Virus record (IMG/VR): IMGVR_UViG_3300022723_000207 | Location: 1 to 64,000 of that record | DNA length: 64,000 bases | Strand: one strand, 5' to 3' | From: a virus | Part shown: positions 39,448 through 49,366 of the stretch, one piece after another | How positions within the stretch are numbered: the first letter of the stretch is position 1 | Layout: the number at the start of each line of letters is the position of its first letter | The notes under the pieces: generated by a model | Database searches by the model: none | Seen by the model: only the letters and a program-made list of their open reading frames with translations | Told to the model about the DNA's origin: nothing | Program-made: the position numbers and the translations under genes

Positions 39448-42329
39448 TGCAATATTTGTTTAGGAACATTAAGGGACATACGGTTAAGTTGCCAGGGCGT
39501 GATGGCAAGCTGGTACATTTCGCAGTTGGTGAGCAGAAAGCTTTGGATTCTTATTTTAAGAAGTATGCTCCAAAGTATTTGGCGGTTGTTAGGGAAGTTA
39601 AGGGTAAGGCAGTAAATGTCAGCAATCAGAGAGTACGTGTAGTAAAGCCCAAGACTAAAAAAACTAGTGAACCTAAAAAAGTACTGATAACACGTAAAGC
39701 AGCCAATTCTACTATTACTGTCGACAATGGCAGAAGGGTTATAAAGACTTCGAAAGTTGTCGGCAGGGCGTCTAAAATAGGGCGCAAGAATGCCACTGCT
39801 TTTTCCCAAGCCAGGATTACGGAAAATTCTGTTCCAATCTCTAATGATATTGGTGTTGGTATACTAAGTTTTAATCGTTTAAAATCACTAATACCACTTA
39901 TTGAATCTATTCGTAAATATACAGATTTAAAAAAGACAACTATTTTTGTTAGCGATGAAAGTACAAATCCAGAAGTATGGAATTGGCTTAAAGAACAAAA
40001 GGACATTGTAGTTTTTCATGAAGAACGCAAGGGAATCGCTGTTAACACTAACAGGATTTTGAGATGCCTTGCTCGTTTTAAGTATAAATTGCTCCTTAAT
40101 GATGATGTTGAAGTATTAAAGGAGGGCTGGGATTCTTTTTATTTTGAAGCAATGAAAAAAACCGGTTTGAAACATTTTTGCTATCGGCAGCGAGGGATTT
40201 ATGGAGCTGAAAGACCTAGAGCTGATTCAAAAGGTCTCTTAAAGATCGTAGAGAAGCCTCATGGTGCTGTATTGGCAGTTCATGATGATGCATTTAGAGA
40301 AGTTGGTTATTTCGATGAGGGATTTGGCACTTATGGATTTGAACACGTAGAATATAGTGATCGCATAGCCAGAGTCTGTCATAAAGAAGATGGTTATTTT
40401 GATGTAAGCGGGTCTGACTCTTATTTTAGAATTTACGATGATACTTCAAGTGATCCAGAAAAGCACAGAAATTATGCCAAAGCCAAAAAACGGTATGCCG
40501 AAACCCCTAAAAATAGGAAATTTGTTGATACTACTGATAATTCTGCAGTTCCTGGAATTACTTATATTATCCCTTTTAGGGATATTGGTCGGCAAGAGTG
40601 CGTTAGGACAGTGGTAAACAATATCAAAGCTCAGCGCTACCCTGAAATTCAAATTATTTTAGCCGAACAAGATGAGCGTTTAAAGACTAGCTTTAGCTGT
40701 ATTGATCATATATTAGTTAAGAGCTGGTTTAAAGGTATGCACTTTTGTAAGGCGGCAGCATTTAATAGAGGTGTTGAGGTTGCGAAATTTGATAAGCTGA
40801 TTTTACATGATGCGGATATGTTGGTTAGGTCTGACTATACGCACAATCTGTCTATATTATTAACAAAGTATGAGTCGGCCCATATAGGTGCCACTGTTTG
40901 TTATATGGAGAAAGAGTCTACTGATAAGATTGTTCGTAATCAGTCTATTAATAGAGATCAAGTGTCTAGTGATAGAATTGTTAATTATTACGAAGGAGGG
41001 TCTTTTGGTATTTTGAAATCTGCCTACATTAGAATAGGTGGATTCTGTGAAGATTTCATAGGTTATGGGTGTTTCACTGAAAATAATTATGTGGTTACTT
41101 CTGACGGTTTGGTTGACATTAAAGATGTTCAAGTAGATGACTATGTTTTAACACATACTGGTGAATACCATGCAGTAACCAGAAAGTTCATTAGAAATCA
41201 TGGTGGTGAAGTACATGACATCTTCATCCCTGGGAGATTGCCAATAAAAGGAGTGACTGAAGAACATCCATTCTTGGTTGACGGCGAATGGATTAGGGTT
41301 GATGATCTAAAAATCGGCATGAAATCAACATTTCAACCAGATTATTTAGACCTAGTTCAATATCAAGACCTTAGTTATATTTCTAATGCTGACAATTCAA
41401 AAAATGAAATAAATATTGATTTTTACTCAAAAGAATTTTCATGGTTTGTTGGAGTGTTTTTGGCTGAAGGAGTTGTTAAATTAAACAAAGCGGTATACTT
41501 GTACATCGCAGAAGACGAATCATGCTTATTGTCAAGAATATTAGACATGATTAACAAAATAAACCCGATGATCTCAGTTAAATCTCATTATGTTAAAAAT
41601 GGGTGTAGGGAAGTAAGAATATTTAGTTCAAAATTGGCTAAAATAATTAATGCTGTTTCACCAAAATCAATTGCAAGAAACAAAGTGCTAGCCAAATGGT
41701 ATATTGAAAAGTTGAACACCAATTCTAAGCTATGGCTCCTTAATGGTTTGATAGATGGTGATGGCGATAAGCAACATGGATCCAAAAAAAGGTTAGTTTA
41801 TACGACTGGTAGTATAAACCTAGCTAACATTATATCGATGATGATGGGCGAATCTGGCATAACACATAGCTTTGGAATAAGAAAAACTGGTGGTTTTACA
41901 GAAAATGATTATTATTCATTAACAATAAATAGAAATTGTGAAAGATTTTTAGATGTTGTTGGCATGATAAAAGAAGATGTCGTAAGTCATGACTCAAATT
42001 TTGGGCACATAAATGAAATAAGAAAAAGACTGGTTAATGAGCCTGTTTACAATTTAGAAGTAGAATGCGATAATTCATATATAGTTAATGGTGTGGTTGT
42101 TCATAATTGTGAAGACACAGAGTTTTATAAGAGGATGACCGAAGGAACAAAGAGTTTTACGCAGAGGTCTGTTGATCTGTTTCATTTGTGGCATGGTCGC
42201 ACTGATGGCTGGACTGAACGCCATGACATTAATAAGAATATTCAAGTTAAAATGTTTAAAGAGAATCAAGTTTCTTTGTACAAGAGACTAAATAAGTTTT
42301 TGCTGAATAAGTATGAAGGATTAAAGTGA
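39447..42329 (+). CDS. Double glycosyltransferase (GT2 plus GT2/GT7-like galactosyltransferase domain) containing an intein
   Basis: LLLNDD, VGYFDEGFGTYGFEH; second domain YIIPFRD, FCKAAAFNRG, ILHDAD, IGGFCEDFIGYG|CED, HLWH. Confidence 0.88.
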   Translation: MQYLFRNIKGHTVKLPGRDGKLVHFAVGEQKALDSYFKKYAPKYLAVVREVKGKAVNVSNQRVRVVKPKTKKTSEPKKVLITRKAANSTITVDNGRRVIKTSKVVGRASKIGRKNATAFSQARITENSVPISNDIGVGILSFNRLKSLIPLIESIRKYTDLKKTTIFVSDESTNPEVWNWLKEQKDIVVFHEERKGIAVNTNRILRCLARFKYKLLLNDDVEVLKEGWDSFYFEAMKKTGLKHFCYRQRGIYGAERPRADSKGLLKIVEKPHGAVLAVHDDAFREVGYFDEGFGTYGFEHVEYSDRIARVCHKEDGYFDVSGSDSYFRIYDDTSSDPEKHRNYAKAKKRYAETPKNRKFVDTTDNSAVPGITYIIPFRDIGRQECVRTVVNNIKAQRYPEIQIILAEQDERLKTSFSCIDHILVKSWFKGMHFCKAAAFNRGVEVAKFDKLILHDADMLVRSDYTHNLSILLTKYESAHIGATVCYMEKESTDKIVRNQSINRDQVSSDRIVNYYEGGSFGILKSAYIRIGGFCEDFIGYGCFTENNYVVTSDGLVDIKDVQVDDYVLTHTGEYHAVTRKFIRNHGGEVHDIFIPGRLPIKGVTEEHPFLVDGEWIRVDDLKIGMKSTFQPDYLDLVQYQDLSYISNADNSKNEINIDFYSKEFSWFVGVFLAEGVVKLNKAVYLYIAEDESCLLSRILDMINKINPMISVKSHYVKNGCREVRIFSSKLAKIINAVSPKSIARNKVLAKWYIEKLNTNSKLWLLNGLIDGDGDKQHGSKKRLVYTTGSINLANIISMMMGESGITHSFGIRKTGGFTENDYYSLTINRNCERFLDVVGMIKEDVVSHDSNFGHINEIRKRLVNEPVYNLEVECDNSYIVNGVVVHNCEDTEFYKRMTEGTKSFTQRSVDLFHLWHGRTDGWTERHDINKNIQVKMFKENQVSLYKRLNKFLLNKYEGLK
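41070..42107 (+). mobile_element. Intein (346 aa) with LAGLIDADG endonuclease
   Basis: Starts CFTENNYVVT; block B VTEEHPF; FVGVFLAEG and LLNGLIDGDG; ends VYNLEVECDNSYIVNGVVVHN, followed by +1 Cys. Confidence 0.93.
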
Positions 42330-43340
42330 CTTGATTTTTTCTATTAGTGATTGTTCATTTTTGAATTCATCTTCCCAAATTTCGATTAGCATATAATTAG
42401 TATTGCTATTGACAAATGACCTTTTTCTTTTGTCTCTTGCTATTACTTCTGGTTTTGTATGCCAATAATTACCTTGAACTTCTATTAAAATATTATTGTT
42501 TGGTAAGAAATAATCAAAATGCCAAAATTTAATTAAGTGTTCTTCTTTCCATTCAATGTTTAATAAATTGAATATTGGTATTAGTTTTCTTTGTAGTTTA
42601 GATGGCTGTGGACTCCAAAAAGCTGTGTTAGCCATATGTTCTCTATAATCGTCGTTTGCCCATAGTTCTATCATTAGTTGTCTATTGAATTCTCTTTTTT
42701 CTTTTGTCATAATTTTGGATTTTAGTTTTCTGTGTTCTGCAGATTGCATTATAGATAATAATTTTTCTCTAAAGTCTGGTTTTCCCCACATTTTAGAAGA
42801 TCGTTTTGAACGCTGTTCAAATGATTCGTTATTGCCTAATTCCTTGTTTTCCCTTTCTAACAATGATGAGACTACTTTATTTCTAAAGTCAGTGTCTCTC
42901 CACAATCCAGATATTATTGATGATGCCAGCTCATGAGATTCTGGTTTAGACCAATATTCTTTAGAAGCTAATATTGATTTTTGTAGTACTTTTTCAGAAT
43001 GTTCAAAACACTTTTTGTGTTTAACTCTGTGTAACTTTTTTAGCAAATCATTAGCACCTCTATATTGGATCTCTACTTGTTTCTTGCACTTAATGCATTT
43101 GCATATTACCGGATTTCGCATTCTGATATTAGTGTAATCATATCCGTATTTGTTTTTGGTGGTGCTCCATAGAACGTTAGGAGCGGTTTTTAATGTTTTA
43201 ATTCTGTTCTGCAGCTTGTTTTCAGCTAAGGAACAATTGCGACATGTGAATCCATTATTTTGTGCTTTCTTGATCGCTCTTCTGTCTTTTAGTGTAAATA
43301 ATTCGTTGCATTTTTTGCATGGTGTTGTTAAAGAATCCAT
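42321..43340 (-). mobile_element. Free-standing Vsr/DUF559-type putative homing endonuclease with Zn fingers and helical repeats
   Basis: CxxC motifs, repeated W..P.FR.K units, PSKLQ...FDYFLP..ILIEVQGNYWH...RDKRK...IEIWE; AT-rich and antisense to the operon. Confidence 0.8.
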
Positions 43341-43385
43341 GCATTACTTTTGGTTGTGTGGTTTCACTAACACAAGGAGAGGGCC

Positions 43386-44380
43386 ATGAAGGTTCTTATC
43401 ACTCGACCGCAAGGTGGAGCTTTTTTTTTTTTTTTTTCATAACCAAGGGTTTTCTAAACGCTTTTAATGATATCGGGGTTGAAGCAAAATATTGGGATGG
43501 TGATCAAAAGTCGTGGTTCGATTTTGATCCTGACCTGTATTGCGGAGCCAGTGGCCACAGACAAAACATTCCGTTAAATCGAGGGAAATGTAAAGTTGCT
43601 GTTCATGTCAACCCGTTTGGAGTCCAATTAAAACCTTTGTTTGGTGTTGATATCAATGAGCCAAGACATGCTATCGATTGGACCGCTAAGCAGAAACCGG
43701 ATGCCGTATTTGGTTATGGTTTACAACAAGATGCTAAAACTTATTGGAAAAATTGGTCTGATATAGCACCATTTGTGGGGTGTCCAACTGCTGGTGATGT
43801 TACTGAGTATTATCCTCAAAAAGAAGATTGTGATTATAAAGTTGCTTTTTTAGGTGGTAGGTGGGGTTATAAAGGTCACAATATTAATAAGTGGTTGCTG
43901 CCGTCGATTTATAAACTAGGAAATAAGATAGCGATTAAAGGATGGGGTGGTTGGCAAGAAGTCAAGCAATATCATGGAGTTCTACCAGAGAGTGATAGTG
44001 GAAGAGTATTTTTAAGCTCTGCTTTAGTGGGTCCATGTGTTTGTGAACCGCATACGTCTGATTATGGCATAGATATCCCTGAACGATTTTTTAAGGTTGC
44101 TTTGTGTGGCGCTTTACCAATTATGGATAATGTTGTTGGGTTTGATCGATATTGTGATAATTATGTAATGGCGAGTAACCCAAATGATTATTATACTAAA
44201 ATTTTAAATTATTCTTCCAATCCTGATTATATTGAGGAGGGTAAAAGGCTAGCGGCTAAAATTAGGGAAGAAGTATTGAAAAAGCACACTTATCATCATC
44301 GCATGCGCGATTTATGCTTGGCAGTTGGGTTTGATGATATTGCTAAAAGATTTGATGAAAGAATAGCTAAATTCGATTAG
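43386..44380 (+). pseudogene. GT-B glycosyltransferase (CgeB-like) frameshifted at a T17 tract
   Basis: AAGGAG plus ATG at 43386 gives MKVLITRPQGGA, then T17 (43421-43437) leads to a stop. The body (ITKGFLNAF, VAFLGGRW, ERFFKVALCG, HTYHHR) is in another frame. Confidence 0.75.
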
Positions 44381-44604
44381 CCTTCACCAACATTTATCAT
44401 TACCTGTCTTAGAAATTGTGTATGGGTTGTTTTAAGTGTACGGGTAATTTCCATAATATCTTGAGGCCTATATAAAACTGCTAATTTTTCTTCTTCAATA
44501 TGGGGATTGTCGTATATGAAGACGTATTTTTCAATGTTGAATTCTTCAACTAATTTTTCAAATCGGTCTCTGAATTCATTTAGATTCGCATCATCTTCAC
44601 TCAT
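44377..44604 (-). CDS. Small hypothetical protein
   Basis: 75-aa ORF filling the gap. Confidence 0.55.
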   Translation of the reverse strand: MSEDDANLNEFRDRFEKLVEEFNIEKYVFIYDNPHIEEEKLAVLYRPQDIMEITRTLKTTHTQFLRQVMINVGEG

Positions 44605-44618
44605 AGTGTATTATCTAC

Positions 44619-45230
44619 GTGGCTGAGATACGTAAAGATGTACTAGAAGCGGCTGTCGCATTTAAGAACGAAATGCGAAAAGTTGGCAAGGGTTTTAAAT
44701 TCGCTAAGGCTAAAGATATTACTAAGACCTACCATTATCGGTGGTTCTGTTCTTTTTTAGATAAATGCTATCGTAATGGATTTAATTCAGATAGTGTCAA
44801 AGAAGTTGTGAGAGCAGTGGTGTTGTATGCCAAAGAATATGGTCTGCTCAATAAGGGAGTAGCTTTATTGAGCAGAAGTGATATTGTCGACATTTGCATT
44901 AAAAATATGGAAAAAGAAGTGCAAGACACTGACGACCATTTGTCATTGATAAGGTCTGCTGTGGAAATAATTGACGTTGATGATCCTGTTAGAATGTTAA
45001 CTAAAAAGCAACATCGTCATGGTTCTCCAAATATTATTGCTCTAAGGGATAATGGCAAGTTGCCTGATTTCTTTATAGCTATATCAAAATCCTGCATGAA
45101 AGCCGTGGCAGATTTGAAATGTGATGATTTACCTACTGTAAGGGAATATTTTATTACGAGGATGAAAATGAAAACCAAGTTTGGTGATGAAGTTCTTGGT
45201 GAGGTGATGGGAGGTGAATATAATGGCTAA
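44619..45230 (+). CDS. Hypothetical protein upstream of primase
   Basis: 203-aa helical ORF. Confidence 0.65.
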   Translation: MAEIRKDVLEAAVAFKNEMRKVGKGFKFAKAKDITKTYHYRWFCSFLDKCYRNGFNSDSVKEVVRAVVLYAKEYGLLNKGVALLSRSDIVDICIKNMEKEVQDTDDHLSLIRSAVEIIDVDDPVRMLTKKQHRHGSPNIIALRDNGKLPDFFIAISKSCMKAVADLKCDDLPTVREYFITRMKMKTKFGDEVLGEVMGGEYNG

Positions 45231-46251
45231 ATATATGGATTTTAAGAGAAGTAAGTACACCATTCAGCCTACCCCAGACCAAATGGAATACTGGTTTAGA
45301 GCCAATGGTGTTGACTATAAGATAGGAACCAAAGACCAATTTAGGATCTGTAATCCAGACGGTGATACTAAGTTTTGTGTAGAGGTGAGTAAAGAAAAAG
45401 CACTAGTTCATGATTTTAGGCCAAATCACCAGCAATACGATGGTACCTTCATACGATTTGTTTCAAAGTATAAAGGCATATCAATCCAAGAATCTATCGA
45501 AGAGGTATGTGGCAAGAATATTAGATTAGCAGCTATTGCCAAGAAGCAAGAAGAGGTTGAAGAAGAAATTGAAGATGAGATAGATCTTCCCAGTGGTTGT
45601 TGTTCTATTAGAGATGAATCAATGTTTGATACTAAAATGCACCAACTGGTCATAAATTATTTGATTAAGGACCGTTGCTTAGACAAAGAGGCGGTCATGA
45701 AAGCTAATATTCACTATCTTGGGACATCTATTGTGGTTCCGTATTATGAGTACGGGATGATAGTCTTTTGGCAAATGCGCCAGCAGCTTTCTAAAGTGTT
45801 TAAGTTCCCGCCTTCTTCTAATAAAAGTGCTGGCGATTTCTTGTATGGATTTGATAATGTAGAACCACATTCTTTTGTTATTGTTACTGAAGCTATTTTT
45901 AATACATTATCTATTGGTGATGACTGTGTAGCAACTGGTGGAGCTACTTTGAAAAGCGGTCAAATCCAGCTACTAAAGGCGTTGTCTCCTGAGAAAATCA
46001 TATTGGCACCAGACAATGACCCTGCAGGAATTAAGTCGTTACAAAAAGACTATTTAGCTTTGAGAAAAGGGAAATGGGATATCTATTATTGTTTGCCGCC
46101 TTACGCTGGCAAAGGAGAATCGGATATTGATTGGAATGACTTGAAGAAAATGGGAGTTGATCCTAGGGAATATATATTAAATACTAATCGAAAGCTAACT
46201 ATGAAAGATGTTTTCAATGGCGTCGATAACAAGTCATTTAAGATGCCCTAG
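45223..46251 (+). CDS. DNA primase (TOPRIM)
   Basis: IVVPYY...FWQMR, FLYGFD, IVTEAIFN, VATGG, LAPDNDPAG, DWND; ATG at 45223 follows GGAGG. Confidence 0.85.
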   Translation: MAKYMDFKRSKYTIQPTPDQMEYWFRANGVDYKIGTKDQFRICNPDGDTKFCVEVSKEKALVHDFRPNHQQYDGTFIRFVSKYKGISIQESIEEVCGKNIRLAAIAKKQEEVEEEIEDEIDLPSGCCSIRDESMFDTKMHQLVINYLIKDRCLDKEAVMKANIHYLGTSIVVPYYEYGMIVFWQMRQQLSKVFKFPPSSNKSAGDFLYGFDNVEPHSFVIVTEAIFNTLSIGDDCVATGGATLKSGQIQLLKALSPEKIILAPDNDPAGIKSLQKDYLALRKGKWDIYYCLPPYAGKGESDIDWNDLKKMGVDPREYILNTNRKLTMKDVFNGVDNKSFKMP

Positions 46252-46555
46252 GATTATTTTTGATATATTTCCTGTTGGATAGAGAATATGACCGTTGAAC
46301 TGTTACTTTGTCTAGTATGAACTCTCGATATCCTTTTTTATATGCCTTTGGTGTATTCCTTTTAAACCAAGACACTTTGTTGATTAGTTGATATGAATCA
46401 AGTTTATCATTATTGTTCATAATAATTTCAGCTTCTTGCTTGTCGATAGCTTCATCTAAAATGGCGACAAGTTTGTCCCCTTTGCGTCCAATCATCAAAA
46501 TGACGACGTTTTTGCGTTCGTTTCTTTTTTGATATAGTATTTGGCTTAATATCAT
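46238..46555 (-). CDS. Hypothetical protein
   Basis: 105-aa ORF between primase and the baseplate genes. Confidence 0.55.
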   Translation of the reverse strand: MILSQILYQKRNERKNVVILMIGRKGDKLVAILDEAIDKQEAEIIMNNNDKLDSYQLINKVSWFKRNTPKAYKKGYREFILDKVTVQRSYSLSNRKYIKNNPRAS

Positions 46556-46583
46556 GGATACATAAAATATAGATCAGTGAAGC

Positions 46584-48656
46584 ATGGCAATAAACGACAA
46601 CCTTCATAATATTTACAATAAATTAGCCTACGACCGCAAGCAGCAGTCTGCTTATGATCGTTATCCCGGCATGTATCGTGCAGAGGTGGTCGAGACTAAT
46701 GATCCGCTAAATATTCACCGAATCCGGTATAAAATGCCGGAACAACATGATTTTGATTTGAAGCCTGAAGATTGCCCATGGGCAGTGCCTGGATTTCAGC
46801 ATGGTGGCAAGGGAGCTGGTTATTGGTCGGCTCCTAAAATAGGCGACATTGTTTGGATTTCTTTTGAAAAACAACATTTTTACTCGCCCATATGGGTTGG
46901 CCATGCAGAGCCGACTAGGCGTCGCTTTTATAAACTGCATGCTTTATTTCAAAAGACTCAAGTATATGTGGATAGAGAAGGTAAACCAGTTGGTGATGAT
47001 CCTATTTCATATGAAGACTATTATCCTAAAGATGGCAGACCTTATTCATTAGGGACCAGAGATCGTTATGGCAATATGTTTGTCATGGATGAAACTGGAT
47101 TCTTTCCTTCAGAGCATTCTCAGTTTCCAGCACCTGCTGGTGTAGACGGCATAACTAACTCCAATTTTCAGAGCCAGCAATCATCTCCGGAATCCAACAG
47201 TCCTGATCGCAAAATGATTGCCCATGTTAGCAAGTATGGGCATTATATGATTTTAGGTGATCAGGGTTATGATTGGCAATCGGAATTTTCCGGCGATTTT
47301 GACGAAGATCACGAGAAAGAGAAGCAGCGAGAAAATAATTTAATTAGGACATTGAATGAGGACGTTCCTAATAGTGCTGATAGAGACCAGAGGCGAATTG
47401 AATTTCGTAGTGGCTACGGCCACAAGTTTGAAATGCGTGATGTTGGCTGGTCTTCTGCTGGACCCAGCGGTAGCAATAGTAGGTCCAATGATTGGTTTGA
47501 AAGTTCTGCTCAGCAATCACAATTTAGTGAGCGTGATGAACGTTGGATGAAGTTCAGAACTAAGGGTGGTCACCTTATTCAAATGATGGATATGGGTGCT
47601 GACCCGTCATCTGATGTTTTTATTAGACGTAATCGAATAGAAGAGATCGGTGGGACAGCGGACGCTGAAGATGATCATTGGCAAGATAGAGATGCTAGAC
47701 AGTTGCGATTTGTGTCTAGATATGGTTTTAAATTTGTTTTGGATGATCGTGGTTCTGATCCAACTGATGCAGAAGGAGCAGAATCTCCTAGGGGAAATGG
47801 GTGGTTAATAAAAGGCCGCAGAGATAACAGGGGGTTCGGTTGGGAAGTTAACGAGAAGGATACTCTTAATCATTCTTTGATGTACACACCTAAATCTAAA
47901 ATTATGGAGCTAAATGATCGATTTGATTATATGATGATGTGTACTGATACCAATTCACCAATTAGTAGGGATTGGGAGAAGCTTAGAGAGAATGAGTTTG
48001 CGCTAGCCAATGCTATGTCTTTCACACCTGAAAATGATACCTATCATTGTAAGCTGGACTTAGCTAACAATTATATTAGAATGAAAACACCCGGCGGTCA
48101 ACGTAATGGTCAGGGTTTTGAGACACGCTATGAGGGTGGCCCAAATACTGTTTGGACTGAAATGATGGATCGAGACAATCGTGCCTTGATTATGAATAGT
48201 ACCTTGCGCCATACTTCATGGCACGATCCGAGAGAGCAGAAATTTATAATGATAGGAGATGACGAACAGGTTATATTGATTAGGAATAAAGCGGGTAAGG
48301 TGCAAATTCATGCTGCTGGTAATGTTGAGGTCAAATCTGATGCTAATATTACTTTAGATGCTGCAGCAAATATTAATGCCAGAGCTGGTGGTCAATTTAT
48401 TGTTAATGCTGGCGGTGGTCAATTTGTTGTCGATGGGTCTGGCGCTGGTACTACTGGTGATCTTAGAGCATCGCAAGTCTTAGCATTCCACCCAGGATGC
48501 GAGCCGGGTGGCGGCGGAGGTTCGCCTTCGCCGTCTGGTGGAGTAGCTCCCCCGTACATTCCTCCAGCAGAGTTGCCTTTGACACCTACAGATCGTGGAA
48601 GAACGTTTAATGGTGGATTTAGCCCTGTTGATGAAAATGTAATAACGGGGATCTAA
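46584..48656 (+). CDS. Baseplate central spike (gp5/gpV/VgrG-like)
   Basis: OB-fold YRAEVVETNDP...PWAVP...PKIGDIVWISFE..PIWVG; repeated F.S.YGH.. units; C-terminal beta-helix. Confidence 0.8.
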   Translation: MAINDNLHNIYNKLAYDRKQQSAYDRYPGMYRAEVVETNDPLNIHRIRYKMPEQHDFDLKPEDCPWAVPGFQHGGKGAGYWSAPKIGDIVWISFEKQHFYSPIWVGHAEPTRRRFYKLHALFQKTQVYVDREGKPVGDDPISYEDYYPKDGRPYSLGTRDRYGNMFVMDETGFFPSEHSQFPAPAGVDGITNSNFQSQQSSPESNSPDRKMIAHVSKYGHYMILGDQGYDWQSEFSGDFDEDHEKEKQRENNLIRTLNEDVPNSADRDQRRIEFRSGYGHKFEMRDVGWSSAGPSGSNSRSNDWFESSAQQSQFSERDERWMKFRTKGGHLIQMMDMGADPSSDVFIRRNRIEEIGGTADAEDDHWQDRDARQLRFVSRYGFKFVLDDRGSDPTDAEGAESPRGNGWLIKGRRDNRGFGWEVNEKDTLNHSLMYTPKSKIMELNDRFDYMMMCTDTNSPISRDWEKLRENEFALANAMSFTPENDTYHCKLDLANNYIRMKTPGGQRNGQGFETRYEGGPNTVWTEMMDRDNRALIMNSTLRHTSWHDPREQKFIMIGDDEQVILIRNKAGKVQIHAAGNVEVKSDANITLDAAANINARAGGQFIVNAGGGQFVVDGSGAGTTGDLRASQVLAFHPGCEPGGGGGSPSPSGGVAPPYIPPAELPLTPTDRGRTFNGGFSPVDENVITGI

Positions 48657-49366
48657 TGATAGTAACTGCTCCGACAGGATTATATGAACCGATACTTCCT
48701 CAATCTTCAGAGGATGCGGGCAATTTTACTTATACTATATCAAGTCAGTCTCCACCTAGATCGGCTGGCACATTTGTTCAGTTACCTGCACCAGAAGTAT
48801 TCCGTAAGCAGCCAGATAGGGTGTACACCAAGCAGCAAAAGAGGGTATTTCTTGGCAAACTTGTTTTTGATGTGACGGTGCCTGGCCCAGCGATTACAGG
48901 TAGTGGCACTGCCCAATTTGATATTGGTGATATTCTAGAATTTGTGGATGCGGATCCTGTGACAAGCGATCCGTTTACGTTGGTTAGGGAACAAGTAAGA
49001 CAAGATCTTAAAGCTATTGACTTTGAGTCTGCTGGCTTATCCAAGGATGAATATATTCAACTTAGAGAAGCTTCGGAACGACGAATGGATGAGATCACTG
49101 TACAAATTGCGGAGGTTAGCTCTGATATTAATTCAAATAAAGAATCTATTCAGCATAATCAAGCCAACATTAATAACTCTAGGTCATTATTGGATAATAT
49201 CATTTTAGTGCTTGGGGATGATAGTGTACAAGCAGAGAAAGTGAAAAATAATTTAGATGATTTAAATGCTCGAAAAGCTGATCTGCTTGTTGAGCGCCAA
49301 CAGTTGCAGGCTTCTTTGCAAACGCTGAGGGATGAGCTGCAGAAAGTTCGTGAGGTAGTAAGGTAG
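48656..49366 (+). CDS. Hypothetical protein with C-terminal coiled coil
   Basis: Lies in the baseplate operon. Confidence 0.65.
   Translation: MIVTAPTGLYEPILPQSSEDAGNFTYTISSQSPPRSAGTFVQLPAPEVFRKQPDRVYTKQQKRVFLGKLVFDVTVPGPAITGSGTAQFDIGDILEFVDADPVTSDPFTLVREQVRQDLKAIDFESAGLSKDEYIQLREASERRMDEITVQIAEVSSDINSNKESIQHNQANINNSRSLLDNIILVLGDDSVQAEKVKNNLDDLNARKADLLVERQQLQASLQTLRDELQKVREVVR

Noticed and set aside
43319-43385. Track start for the GT-B gene
   Set aside because: It overlaps the antisense endonuclease start and lacks an RBS; ATG 43386 with AAGGAG gives a typical MKVLI first strand.
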